Shown here: in pieces, positions 16,066 to 24,839 of the stretch
How the letters are laid out: every line of letters begins with the position of its first letter
Numbering within the stretch: the stretch's first letter is position 1
Assembly: GCA_020634895.1 (NCBI GenBank)
Contig: JACKAV010000009.1
Coordinates: 65,465-129,464 of the forward strand
Length of the DNA stretch: 64,000 nt
Source: Anaerolineales bacterium
GTDB lineage: Bacteria; Chloroflexota; Anaerolineae; Anaerolineales; Villigracilaceae
Reading direction: 5' to 3'
Translations under genes and position numbers: made by a program
Notes under the pieces: generated by a model
What the model was told of the DNA's origin: nothing
The model's input: only the letters and a program-made list of their open reading frames with translations
Database searches by the model: none

Positions 16066-16347
16066 TTATCCGCCCGAAGCAGAAGCCATTAAGATGACCA
16101 CATCCCCATCATTCAATGTTGTCTCAAATCCGTTCAGTTCCTGCATTTGAACGCCGTTCACAAAGATGCTGAAATACCGCCGCAGTTCACCTTTCGCGTC
16201 AAAGAGGTGCGGCTTTAGCGCGGGATAACGCAAAAGGATGTTATCAAGCAGTTCGGTGATCGTTGCGCCGTTCACTGAGAACTCGCTTTGGTTATCAACA
16301 TAATATTTCATCAGGGCGGGAAACTTAACGGTTGGCATGGAAAGCAT
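16066..16347 (-). CDS. Second MoaD/ThiS-family ubiquitin-like protein ending in a free Gly-Gly (start may be 16338)
   Basis: VKFPALM..., LRRYFSIFVNG, ILMASASGG-stop. Confidence 0.85.
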   Translation of the reverse strand: MLSMPTVKFPALMKYYVDNQSEFSVNGATITELLDNILLRYPALKPHLFDAKGELRRYFSIFVNGVQMQELNGFETTLNDGDVVILMASASGG

Positions 16348-16357
16348 TTTAATGCAA

Positions 16358-16384
16358 AAGTCCCGAAGTTAAACTTCGGGACTT
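16358..16384. repeat. 13-bp palindrome (CCGAAGT/ACTTCGG family), possible fusA terminator
   Basis: aagtcccgaagtt-a-aacttcgggactt. Confidence 0.7.
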
Positions 16385-16407
16385 GAGACGTTAGTCCAAT
16401 GCTGAAA

Positions 16408-18489
16408 CTATTCTTCCTTCTTGGCTTCCATTTCCTTCTTATGCGCTTCGATGATCGGAGCCGCAATATGTGAAGGAACCGTATCGTAGTGATCGAACTC
16501 CATCGTGAAGTAACCGCGTCCACCTGTGATGGAACGAATCTGGGTGGTGTACTTCAGCATTTCAGCCATCGGCACGTGCGCGATGATGATGGTGTTTCCG
16601 CGTTCCGACTCGGTTCCCTGTACGCGCCCGCGGCGGGTGTTGAGGTCGCTCATCACGTCGCCCATATTCGCATCCGGGCAGGTCACGCGGACGTTCATGA
16701 TCGGCTCGAACAACACGGGTCCCGCCTCAGCCACGGCGAGCTTGAAGGCTTCGCGACCTGCGATTTCGAACGCGACTGGTTTCGAGTCTACTTCGTGTTC
16801 CTTACCGTCGTAGACAGTCACACGCACATTGCTCATCGGATAACCGGCGAACGCGCCTCTTTCCATCGTGGCGCGGATGCTCTTTTCGATCGGAGGCAGG
16901 TACGAACGGGAGAGATTCATACCGACCAACGCATCCACGAATTCGAAGTCGCCTTCCATGTACGGCTCGATGCGAAGATGAACTTCACCGAACTGACCAG
17001 CGCCGCCGGATTGTTTCTTGTGGCGATACTGCGCGGCAGCTTTTCTTGTAATGCCTTCGCGATACGGGACCTTCGGTTCGTGAAGTTCAATGCCAACCTG
17101 GAATTTGGTCTGCGCGCGATGGACTGCCACGTCGATATGCTGGTCGCCCATTCCCTGCAGGACGGTTTCATGCGTCACGGAGTCGTTCTGCCAGGAGAGA
17201 GTCATATCTTCTTCTGCCAGGCGGGTGAGGACGCTGGAAATCTTTGCAGCATCTGCCTGAGTCTTGGGAGTGACAGCTACACGGTACAACGCCGCTGGGT
17301 ATGCAGGCGTCGGAATGGTCAGGGGATGTCCCTTATCGCAGAAGGTGTCGCCAGTGGTGGAGACGTTCAGTTTCGCGACCACGGCAATGTCTCCAGCATG
17401 AACCAATTTTGTAGGAATGGATTCCTTACCACGCTGGAAATGCATACCGGACATACGCTCATCCGTTTCTTTGGGCTGGTTCCAAACATGAGAATCCGCT
17501 TCAATGGAGCCGGAGAGCACGCGGAAGTAGGTCATTTTTCCCACGAACGGATCAGCTGTTGTTTTCCATACATAAGCAGCGAGGGGAGCATCATCGGAAG
17601 GTTTCAATTCTTCTTCACCGTCTTTGCCCTGTGCTGTACGCTTTACAGCATCGACCGGAGAAGGAAGCAGGTCGATGACATCGTTGAGCAAGGCAATTGA
17701 TCCAATTTCATGCGCGCCTGCCGCACAAAAGACCGGGACAAATTCTCCAGCGTAGACCACATCTTCGAGACCACGCACCATCTCTTCGTCTGAGAGAGAG
17801 CCGTTCTCAAGATATTTTTCCATCAATTCATCTTCGCCTTCGGCGGCGGCTTCCACCATATCAAAATGGGCTTTTTCAGCAGCTTCCTTTAATTCAGCAG
17901 GGATTTCCGCCGTAGTCGAGCCGTCACCCATATAGGACTTCATCCCAATGATATCCACCACGCCTTTGAAATCGTGCTTATCGCCAATGGGCAGGTGGAC
18001 CTTGATGGCGCGTTTATCATGCAGTTTGACGAACTCGTCGATCTGGGCAAACGCCTTTTCAAAGTCTGCAGTATCGCGGTCCAATTTATTAATGACAATG
18101 AAACGCGGCAGGTTGAACTGGTCGCAATAGCGCCATGCCAGTTCGGTCCCCACTTCGATGCCGGAAACGGCGTCCACTAAAATAATTGCGCCATCTGCCA
18201 CACTGAGAGCGGATACCATCTCGCCCACGAAATCTGTGTAGCCTGGCGCATCTAGAAAATTGATCTTGTGATCTTTATGCTCAACCGGGATCAAACTCGT
18301 ATAAATGGAGATCTTTCTTCTTTGTTCTTCATCATCATAGTCTGATGTGGTCGTCCCGTCCTCAACTTTTCCCAGGCGGGTTGTTGCCCCCGTTACATGC
18401 AGAAAGGCTTCTGCAAGCATGGTTTTGCCTGCCCCCCCATGCGAAACCAACGCAACGTTGCGTATAAACTCGGTGGTATACTCTTTCAT
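16408..18489 (-). CDS. fusA: Elongation factor G paralogue (EF-G2 type)
   Basis: SHGGAGKT, DAPGYTDF, NKLD, KQSGGAGQF; divergent switch I (EEQRRKISI); not in the str operon. Confidence 0.88.
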   Translation of the reverse strand: MKEYTTEFIRNVALVSHGGAGKTMLAEAFLHVTGATTRLGKVEDGTTTSDYDDEEQRRKISIYTSLIPVEHKDHKINFLDAPGYTDFVGEMVSALSVADGAIILVDAVSGIEVGTELAWRYCDQFNLPRFIVINKLDRDTADFEKAFAQIDEFVKLHDKRAIKVHLPIGDKHDFKGVVDIIGMKSYMGDGSTTAEIPAELKEAAEKAHFDMVEAAAEGEDELMEKYLENGSLSDEEMVRGLEDVVYAGEFVPVFCAAGAHEIGSIALLNDVIDLLPSPVDAVKRTAQGKDGEEELKPSDDAPLAAYVWKTTADPFVGKMTYFRVLSGSIEADSHVWNQPKETDERMSGMHFQRGKESIPTKLVHAGDIAVVAKLNVSTTGDTFCDKGHPLTIPTPAYPAALYRVAVTPKTQADAAKISSVLTRLAEEDMTLSWQNDSVTHETVLQGMGDQHIDVAVHRAQTKFQVGIELHEPKVPYREGITRKAAAQYRHKKQSGGAGQFGEVHLRIEPYMEGDFEFVDALVGMNLSRSYLPPIEKSIRATMERGAFAGYPMSNVRVTVYDGKEHEVDSKPVAFEIAGREAFKLAVAEAGPVLFEPIMNVRVTCPDANMGDVMSDLNTRRGRVQGTESERGNTIIIAHVPMAEMLKYTTQIRSITGGRGYFTMEFDHYDTVPSHIAAPIIEAHKKEMEAKKEE

Positions 18490-18619
18490 CGATTAGTTAC
18501 CTTCCTGGATTATAAGATTGTCAAGCAGGTTGCACGATTGTAAAAGAACTCAAATGAATTGTCAAAGTGTGATGCGTCACACAAAAACTGTGACATTTAC
18601 GACTATCCCTGTTTAATAA

Positions 18620-19108
18620 ATGAGCTCATTGTTCGGCACATATTCCTTTGTAACCATCGCAGTTGGCTTCGCATTCATTGCCGGCGTCATCCTGCTCTCC
18701 AACAGACCCAAATGGAACGACTATCTCGCGTTTGGCGTGATCGTCGCCGGGCTGGTCATCACGTGGACCGTGCTGCATCCGCGCCAGACGCCCCTCATGG
18801 ACGATGCAAAAGAAGTGCAGGCAATGATCGGCAACGGCAAGCCCGTGCTGCTTGAATTCCAATCCCCCTACTGAATACGCTGTGTATCGATAAAACCCGT
18901 CGTGGACGGGCTCGAACAGGAAGTCAACGGACAGGTACATTTCATCCGTTTGAACATACAGGAACAGGTCGGCATGGAGCTTGCCCCCGTGTACGACTTC
19001 GAATTCACTCCCACCTTTATATACTTCGACTCAGAAGGCAACGAAGTCTGGCGCATGGTTGGCGATTTCGATCCGCAGCGCGTGCGCGATACACTTGCAA
19101 ATGAATAA
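18620..19108 (+). CDS. Membrane-anchored thioredoxin-fold protein with an in-frame UGA (18872-18874) in a UxxC motif: probable selenoprotein
   Basis: The two track ORFs are in the same frame and read ...KPVLLEFQSPY-UGA-IRC-VSIKPVVDGL...FTPTFIYFDSEG. Confidence 0.8.
18875..18910 (+). promoter_or_regulatory. Candidate bacterial SECIS hairpin
   Basis: cccgtc-gtg-gacggg (18896-18910); the loop starts with G, 27 nt after the UGA. Confidence 0.55.
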
Positions 19109-19679
19109 TTTTCTCCGCCGTTTCAAATTCAATACCGCCTATACACTTGGCAATACCCCCTGGGATAGCGGCATCTCGCCGCCCGAGCTTTATGATTTTC
19201 TCGCGGCACATCCCACCGGACGCGCACTGGATATCGGCTGCGGCACCGGAACCAATCTCATCACCCTCGTCAACGCCGGTTGGCAGGCAGATGGTTTCGA
19301 CTTTGCCCCCCGCGCCGTCAATCTCGCAAAAAGAAAACTCCGCAAAATCAGTATCAACGCCCGCGTCTTTACCGACGACGCTACACAAATGAAGAACATC
19401 CAGCCGCCGTATGATCTCGCGCTCGACCTCGGATGTTTCCACGGAATCGAATCAAAAGCGGATTATCTGACCCAACTGGCACGCGCACTCGCCCCAAGCG
19501 GATTCTGGCTCATGTACGGATTCCTCAAACCAGACACGGCTCAACCCGGACCCGGAATTGCCCCCTCCGACCTGGACCTGATCGAACGCCACAACCTGAC
19601 TCTGGTCTCCCGCCAGGACGGATTCGACAGAGGCGAAAAGACCTCCGCATGGTTCTTATGGCAAATGAGTAACAAGTAA
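19101..19679 (+). CDS. Class I SAM-dependent methyltransferase (TPMT-like)
   Basis: TPWDSG, ALDIGCGTG, DLALDLGCFH; overlaps the stop of the thioredoxin gene. Confidence 0.85.
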   Translation: MNNFLRRFKFNTAYTLGNTPWDSGISPPELYDFLAAHPTGRALDIGCGTGTNLITLVNAGWQADGFDFAPRAVNLAKRKLRKISINARVFTDDATQMKNIQPPYDLALDLGCFHGIESKADYLTQLARALAPSGFWLMYGFLKPDTAQPGPGIAPSDLDLIERHNLTLVSRQDGFDRGEKTSAWFLWQMSNK

Positions 19680-19727
19680 CCAGCCGAACTCGTCTGACAT
19701 TTATCCGTGTTTATCGGTAATTATTAT

Positions 19728-20648
19728 ATGAAAATCCTCTTTCTCTTTTTAGACGGTATCGGGCTCGGCGAAGACAACCCTGAGACAAATCCTTTTATCA
19801 ACGCGGATATGCCATACTTGGAGTCTCTGCTTGGCGGGAAAAAACTAACCAAATCCGCCGCGCCGTTCGAAAGTGACACAATTACACTCAAAGCCATCGA
19901 TCCCAACCTCGGCGTGAAGGGACTGCCTCAATCCGCCACAGGGCAGGCTGTTCTGCTCACCGGCACAAACATCCCTGCCGAACTCGGCTATCATTACGGA
20001 CCCAAACCCAACTCCGAAGTTGCCCAATACCTAAACGGACATACGATATTCTCAAGGACGGTCAATGCCGGGAAAAAAGCCGCCCTGCTAAACGCCTACC
20101 CACCGGGATATTTTAAAGGAATCAACTCGGGTAAACGCCTGTACTCTTCCATTCCACTCGCGTTGACCAACGCCGGCATTTCCCTCTTCACCGAACAGGA
20201 CTACCACGCGGGTAACGCGCTGGCAGCCGATTTCACCGGCGAAGGCTGGAAGACTTTTCTCAACATAGACAACGCCCCAGTCTTCGACCCGGAAACAGCT
20301 GGAACAAAACTTGGCGAGTTAGCCAAACGATACGATTTCTCCTTCTTCGAATATTGGGCAAGCGACTACGCCGGTCACAAACAGGATATGCCCTGGGCAA
20401 CCAACCAACTCGAAGTTTTCGACGGCGTGCTAAAAGGTCTGCTCGCAAACTGGCGGGACGAAGACGGTCTCATCCTGCTCACCTCCGACCACGGCAACAT
20501 GGAAGACCTCGGCACACGCAAACACACAGCCGCGCATGTTCCGCTTTTATTATTTGGGGATAAAACAAAACGAGACGCCTTCACAGACGTCTCGGACTTG
20601 ACCGGTGTTGCGCCAGCAATCAGTCAATTACTCGCACTCGACAATTAA
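19728..20648 (+). CDS. Alkaline-phosphatase-superfamily metalloenzyme (phosphoglycerate mutase/phosphopentomutase-like)
   Basis: LFLFLDGIG, PQSATGQ, SDYAGHKQD, LTSDHGNME, KHT. Confidence 0.82.
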   Translation: MKILFLFLDGIGLGEDNPETNPFINADMPYLESLLGGKKLTKSAAPFESDTITLKAIDPNLGVKGLPQSATGQAVLLTGTNIPAELGYHYGPKPNSEVAQYLNGHTIFSRTVNAGKKAALLNAYPPGYFKGINSGKRLYSSIPLALTNAGISLFTEQDYHAGNALAADFTGEGWKTFLNIDNAPVFDPETAGTKLGELAKRYDFSFFEYWASDYAGHKQDMPWATNQLEVFDGVLKGLLANWRDEDGLILLTSDHGNMEDLGTRKHTAAHVPLLLFGDKTKRDAFTDVSDLTGVAPAISQLLALDN

Positions 20649-21791
20649 TTATCTTCGAAGCTTCTCAATAGCTTCCTTCGCCAGAGCGGCAATTTCTCTA
20701 TTCGTGCGGTCGGAAGCAACCTCCTGCAAAGGTTGAATAGCGCGCGCATCGCCAAACTGGGCAAGCGACAGAATGGCTTGCTGCTTGACGTTCGGGTCGG
20801 GATCATGGAGCATTTCGATAAGGAACGGAACGACCCGCGCATCTCGGATCTGCGCAAGCCCGAGGATGGCGTGCTCGCGGACAGTCGCTTCGGGGTGGAT
20901 CAACGCCTCGGCAAGCAAGTCGATGGCGGGTGCGCCAAAACGAGCCAACGCCAACGCCGCAGCCTGACTCACTTCGTGGTGCAGATCATATACCGCCATT
21001 CCCAATTCTTCCATAGCGCGGACATCACCCAAATTCCCCAAAACCATCGCCGCAAATTTACGGACTGTCCCCTCACGGTCGCCAAGGGCTTCGATCAACG
21101 GCTCGACCACTGGCGTGCCCATATTCTGGATGGCTGTCAACAAATCGCGCACAGACTGTTCCCGCTCAAACCACCAGAACGAATCGCGCAGCGCTTCCAT
21201 CAAAAAGGGAATCGCCGCCGGGTCGTGTGAATCACCCAACGCTTTCAGCGCCGCCTGCCGGACTTCTATCTTGGTATCGTCCAATGTGACGTTGGCAAGC
21301 TCATCAAAAGTTGAAGGGTCGCGGAACTTTCCAACAGCGGAACAAGCGGCAATGCGGACTTCATCCTCATTGTCCTTCAGTAATGGAAGCAACTCAGGCA
21401 GAACACGTGCATCGCCGATATTTGCCAACGCAGTCGCTGCCCTCGCGCGGACGGTAAAAAATTCCCCATGCAAGGCTTCAACCAAAACGGGAATTGCATT
21501 CCTGTCTTTGCTGATCGCAAAGACCTCAGCCGCACGTCCGCGAATGATGGGGTGTGCAGACTTCAACGCTTTGGTCAGCTCGGGAGAGGCGGCAGGGATT
21601 CGGGCGAGGATTTGCTGATAGACCGGAAGCAGGCTCAAGTCTTGGGTCTGAAGCGCTTCGATGAGGGACGGAACAGCATCCGCGCCAAGTCGAATCAGAT
21701 CCTGTGCGGCACGCTCGCGCCGCGATGTATCCGCCAGTATTGCGATCAGTTTTTTTGCTTCACCCTGTTTGGGATTCGAGAGCCAGTTCAT
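20649..21791 (-). CDS. HEAT-repeat (PBS lyase-like) protein
   Basis: Many VRxxAAxALGxIGD-type repeats. Confidence 0.88.
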   Translation of the reverse strand: MNWLSNPKQGEAKKLIAILADTSRRERAAQDLIRLGADAVPSLIEALQTQDLSLLPVYQQILARIPAASPELTKALKSAHPIIRGRAAEVFAISKDRNAIPVLVEALHGEFFTVRARAATALANIGDARVLPELLPLLKDNEDEVRIAACSAVGKFRDPSTFDELANVTLDDTKIEVRQAALKALGDSHDPAAIPFLMEALRDSFWWFEREQSVRDLLTAIQNMGTPVVEPLIEALGDREGTVRKFAAMVLGNLGDVRAMEELGMAVYDLHHEVSQAAALALARFGAPAIDLLAEALIHPEATVREHAILGLAQIRDARVVPFLIEMLHDPDPNVKQQAILSLAQFGDARAIQPLQEVASDRTNREIAALAKEAIEKLRR

Positions 21792-21875
21792 GAGAATATT
21801 TTACATGAATTTGTAATCGATTTAGAGTGCGAGTGTATAATAAAAAAATCAGCAAGCCAACTCGAGGAGATTTTC

Positions 21876-22592
21876 ATGAGAGCAAAAAGAGAGAGCATTT
21901 TTGGCTTTATCGTTTTAATTCTTTCCATTCTTGCATGCAACTCACCCGCCACCGGCGGAGATGTTAACCCAAGTGAAGATACGCCGCAGCCAACTCCGGG
22001 CGTGACTTATGTAGTGATCGTGGAGAACACCGCTACAACCATCCCTACTGAGACGCCCATTCCCCCAACACCTACGCCGCAAATTCCCCCGGAACTTACT
22101 CTTACAAAAAATTCAAACTGCCGCCTGGGACCAAGCAATTTTTTTAATATCATCGATCAGATCGCTTCAGGCAAAGACCTGCCTGTTGTTGGAAGGAACG
22201 AAGACAGCACCTGGTGGCAGGTGGTGAACGATACCGGGCGCGAATGCTGGTTATTTGCAGAGAACACCACGCCAAATCAGGATTTCTCTTCGCTTCCCAT
22301 CGGAGAGGCGCCGCCTTTGCCGGGAATTCCTCTGAGCTTTTATGTGGTTGACCAGAACTGCCAGCCCGGACCGAAGAAATTCTCGTTGACATTAAGCTGG
22401 GCAAGCGGCGGCGGCGAGACGGCTTACCGCCTCTATCGTGACGGAGGGCGGGTCGGCGAATTCAAGCCGAATCGACTCTCATACAAAGACCCTGCCGTGC
22501 CTTATAACAAAGTGGTGACATACGAGATCGAAGCAGTAAATGAGAACGGAGTTTCAGAACGGGCAATCCAGATCGTGGGACCATGTAAATAA
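21876..22592 (+). CDS. Secreted lipoprotein, hypothetical (SH3-like and FN3-like segments)
   Basis: SD gaggag, lipobox ILAC, Pro/Thr linker, NCRLGPS...WWQV, LSWAS...YRLYRDG. Confidence 0.7.
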   Translation: MRAKRESIFGFIVLILSILACNSPATGGDVNPSEDTPQPTPGVTYVVIVENTATTIPTETPIPPTPTPQIPPELTLTKNSNCRLGPSNFFNIIDQIASGKDLPVVGRNEDSTWWQVVNDTGRECWLFAENTTPNQDFSSLPIGEAPPLPGIPLSFYVVDQNCQPGPKKFSLTLSWASGGGETAYRLYRDGGRVGEFKPNRLSYKDPAVPYNKVVTYEIEAVNENGVSERAIQIVGPCK

Positions 22593-22593
22593 G

Positions 22594-22622
22594 AACTCTC
22601 CCCGTGTGATGCGGGGAGTTTT
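22594..22622 (+). terminator. Probable intrinsic terminator
   Basis: ctccccg-tgtgatg-cggggag followed by tttt. Confidence 0.55.
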
Positions 22623-22824
22623 CTCGTGGTATGTAATTTTTTTCACCAAATCCCGCTTTCAAAAACTCTCAAGTCCCGAATTCAGACGATTTTTCTCTGA
22701 TATAATCTCCGACTCGGTCATCCCAACCATAACGTGAAATCGATTTTGGTGTTTATTTCCTAAGTGTCAGATACACATTAGGTGCGCTTTTTCGCGCAAT
22801 ATATTTAGCGGAGTTTCAATCACA

Positions 22825-23781
22825 ATGAAGAAAGAACAACTACTTGATTTGTATTACCAGATGGTCTTGATCCGCCGTGTGGAAGAACGCGGCGCGGAAC
22901 TATACCAGGCTGGCAAGATCGGCGGCTTCATGCATCTCTACATCGGGCAGGAAGCCGTTTCGACAGGTCTCGTTGCGGCGCGCGAACCTCGCGACCGCGT
23001 CATCACCGCCTACCGTGACCACGGCGTGGCGCTCAACTGCGGCATCCCAGCCAATGAAGTCCTTGCGGAATTGCTCGGCAAGTCAACAGGCATGTCCAAG
23101 GGCAAGGGCGGCTCGATGCATATGGCAGATACCAAGAAGAACATGTGGGGCGGACATGCCATCGTTGGTGGACACCTGCCCGTAGCGGCGGGTCTCGCCC
23201 TCGGCGACCAGTATGCCAAGAACGACAATGTCACCATCTGCATGTTCGGTGACGGCGCGACCAATATCGGCTACTTCCATGAAGCGCTGAACCTCGCCAA
23301 GACATGGGGACTGCGCGTACTTTGGGTCTGTGAAAACAATCAGTACGGCATGGGTACCGCAGTGGAACGCGCTTCGGCTGTCTCCGAGATTCGCCAAAAG
23401 GCGGAAGGCTACGGCATGAAAAACAGCCGCGTGGACGGTATGGATGTCATAAAGGTCCAGGAAGCCGCAGCAAAAGCCATTGACTATATCCGCACGGAAA
23501 GTCAGCCTTATTTGCTCGAAGTGGTCACCTACCGCTACCGCGGACATTCCATGGGCGATCCCGAACGCTACCGCAAAGCGGAAGAAGTTAAGAAGTGGCA
23601 GGAAAATGACCCGATCGGTATTTTCAACAAATATCTTTTGGACAAGAAAGTCGCCACCCGCAAGGCATTGGATGAGATCGAAGCCCGCGTGGAAGAGGAA
23701 GTTGCCAAGGCTGTCGAATTCGCAGAGACCAGCCCCGAGCCCACTATGGAAGATCTTTACGCGGATATTTACGCAGACTAA
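22825..23781 (+). CDS. pdhA: Pyruvate dehydrogenase E1 alpha
   Basis: GFMHLYIGQEA, GKGGSMH, GDGA...NN TPP motif, GHSMGDP. Confidence 0.95.
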   Translation: MKKEQLLDLYYQMVLIRRVEERGAELYQAGKIGGFMHLYIGQEAVSTGLVAAREPRDRVITAYRDHGVALNCGIPANEVLAELLGKSTGMSKGKGGSMHMADTKKNMWGGHAIVGGHLPVAAGLALGDQYAKNDNVTICMFGDGATNIGYFHEALNLAKTWGLRVLWVCENNQYGMGTAVERASAVSEIRQKAEGYGMKNSRVDGMDVIKVQEAAAKAIDYIRTESQPYLLEVVTYRYRGHSMGDPERYRKAEEVKKWQENDPIGIFNKYLLDKKVATRKALDEIEARVEEEVAKAVEFAETSPEPTMEDLYADIYAD

Positions 23782-23782
23782 A

Positions 23783-23856
23783 TTCAGTTATCAGTTGACA
23801 GTGAACAGTGGACAGTAAAACCCACTGTTCACTGATTACTGATCACTGCTCACTGG
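23783..23856. repeat. Inverted pair of 7-nt-periodic arrays (5x CAGT / 5x ACTG)
   Basis: CAGT at 23785, 23792, 23799, 23806, 23813; ACTG at 23824, 23831, 23838, 23845, 23852. Confidence 0.85.
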
Positions 23857-23864
23857 AGTTACAC

Positions 23865-24839
23865 ATGGCAAAAATCACAATGCGCGAGGCGATCTCGCAA
23901 GCACTTATGGAAGAAATGGACCGCGACCCCGCCGTCTTTATCATGGGCGAGGAAGTCGGTGTTTGGGGCGGTACCTACGCCGTCACCAAAGGTTTTTATG
24001 ACAAGTACGGCGCAGACCGCGTGAAAGACACCCCCATCGCGGAAAACGCCATCATCGGCGGCGCGATCGGCGCAGCAATGGTCGGTCAACGCCCGGTGGC
24101 AGAACTCATGACCATCAACTTCGCCTTCTCGGCGATGGACTACATCGTGAACCAGGCTGCCAAACTGCGTTACATGTTCGGCGGACAGTTCATGCTCCCG
24201 ATGGTGATCCGTGCCGTCGGCGGCGGCGGACGCCAGCTCGGCGCCACCCACTCGCAGACTCCCGATGCCATCTTCGCACACTTCCCCGGTCTGAAAGTCG
24301 TCAGCCCCGGAACGCCGGAAGATGCCAAAGGGCTGCTCAAGTCCGCCATCCGCTCGAATGACCCGATCCTCTTCATTGAGCACGCCACCATGTATCAAGT
24401 GAGAGGCGATGTTCCTGAAGGCGAATATCTCATCCCGATTGGCAAATCCAAAGTGCAGCGCGAAGGCAGTGACCTGACCATCGTCACCTACTGCAAGGGA
24501 CTTGAGCTTTCGATGAAAGCCGCAGAGGAACTTGCCAAGGAAGGCATCGAAGCCGAGATCGTTGACCTGCGCACACTTCGTCCGCTCGACATGGAACCCG
24601 TACTCGAATCGTTCAAGAAAACCAACCGCGCCATCGTTGTTGAAGAAGGTTGGAAATCCTATGGTGTCGGCGCCGAGATCGTCAGCCGCATCTACGAAGA
24701 AGCCTTCGATTACATCGATGCCCCCATCATCCGCGTTGCGCAAAAGGAAGTTCCGCTTCCGTACAACCGCACGCTCGAACAAGCCGCCCTCCCGCAAATT
24801 CCCGACATCGTTGCCGCGGCAAAGGAGGTTCTCAAATAA
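23865..24839 (+). CDS. pdhB: Pyruvate dehydrogenase E1 beta
   Basis: GEEVG, DTPIAE, HSQ, DLRTLRPLD. Confidence 0.95.
   Translation: MAKITMREAISQALMEEMDRDPAVFIMGEEVGVWGGTYAVTKGFYDKYGADRVKDTPIAENAIIGGAIGAAMVGQRPVAELMTINFAFSAMDYIVNQAAKLRYMFGGQFMLPMVIRAVGGGGRQLGATHSQTPDAIFAHFPGLKVVSPGTPEDAKGLLKSAIRSNDPILFIEHATMYQVRGDVPEGEYLIPIGKSKVQREGSDLTIVTYCKGLELSMKAAEELAKEGIEAEIVDLRTLRPLDMEPVLESFKKTNRAIVVEEGWKSYGVGAEIVSRIYEEAFDYIDAPIIRVAQKEVPLPYNRTLEQAALPQIPDIVAAAKEVLK

Noticed and set aside
18620-18874. Pseudogene or two separate small genes
   Set aside because: The same frame, a UGA at the catalytic position and a downstream hairpin favour selenocysteine read-through.
23783-23856. CRISPR array
   Set aside because: The units are 7 nt with no unique spacers, and no cas genes are in the window. 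No CRISPR-like repeat-spacer pattern was seen anywhere.
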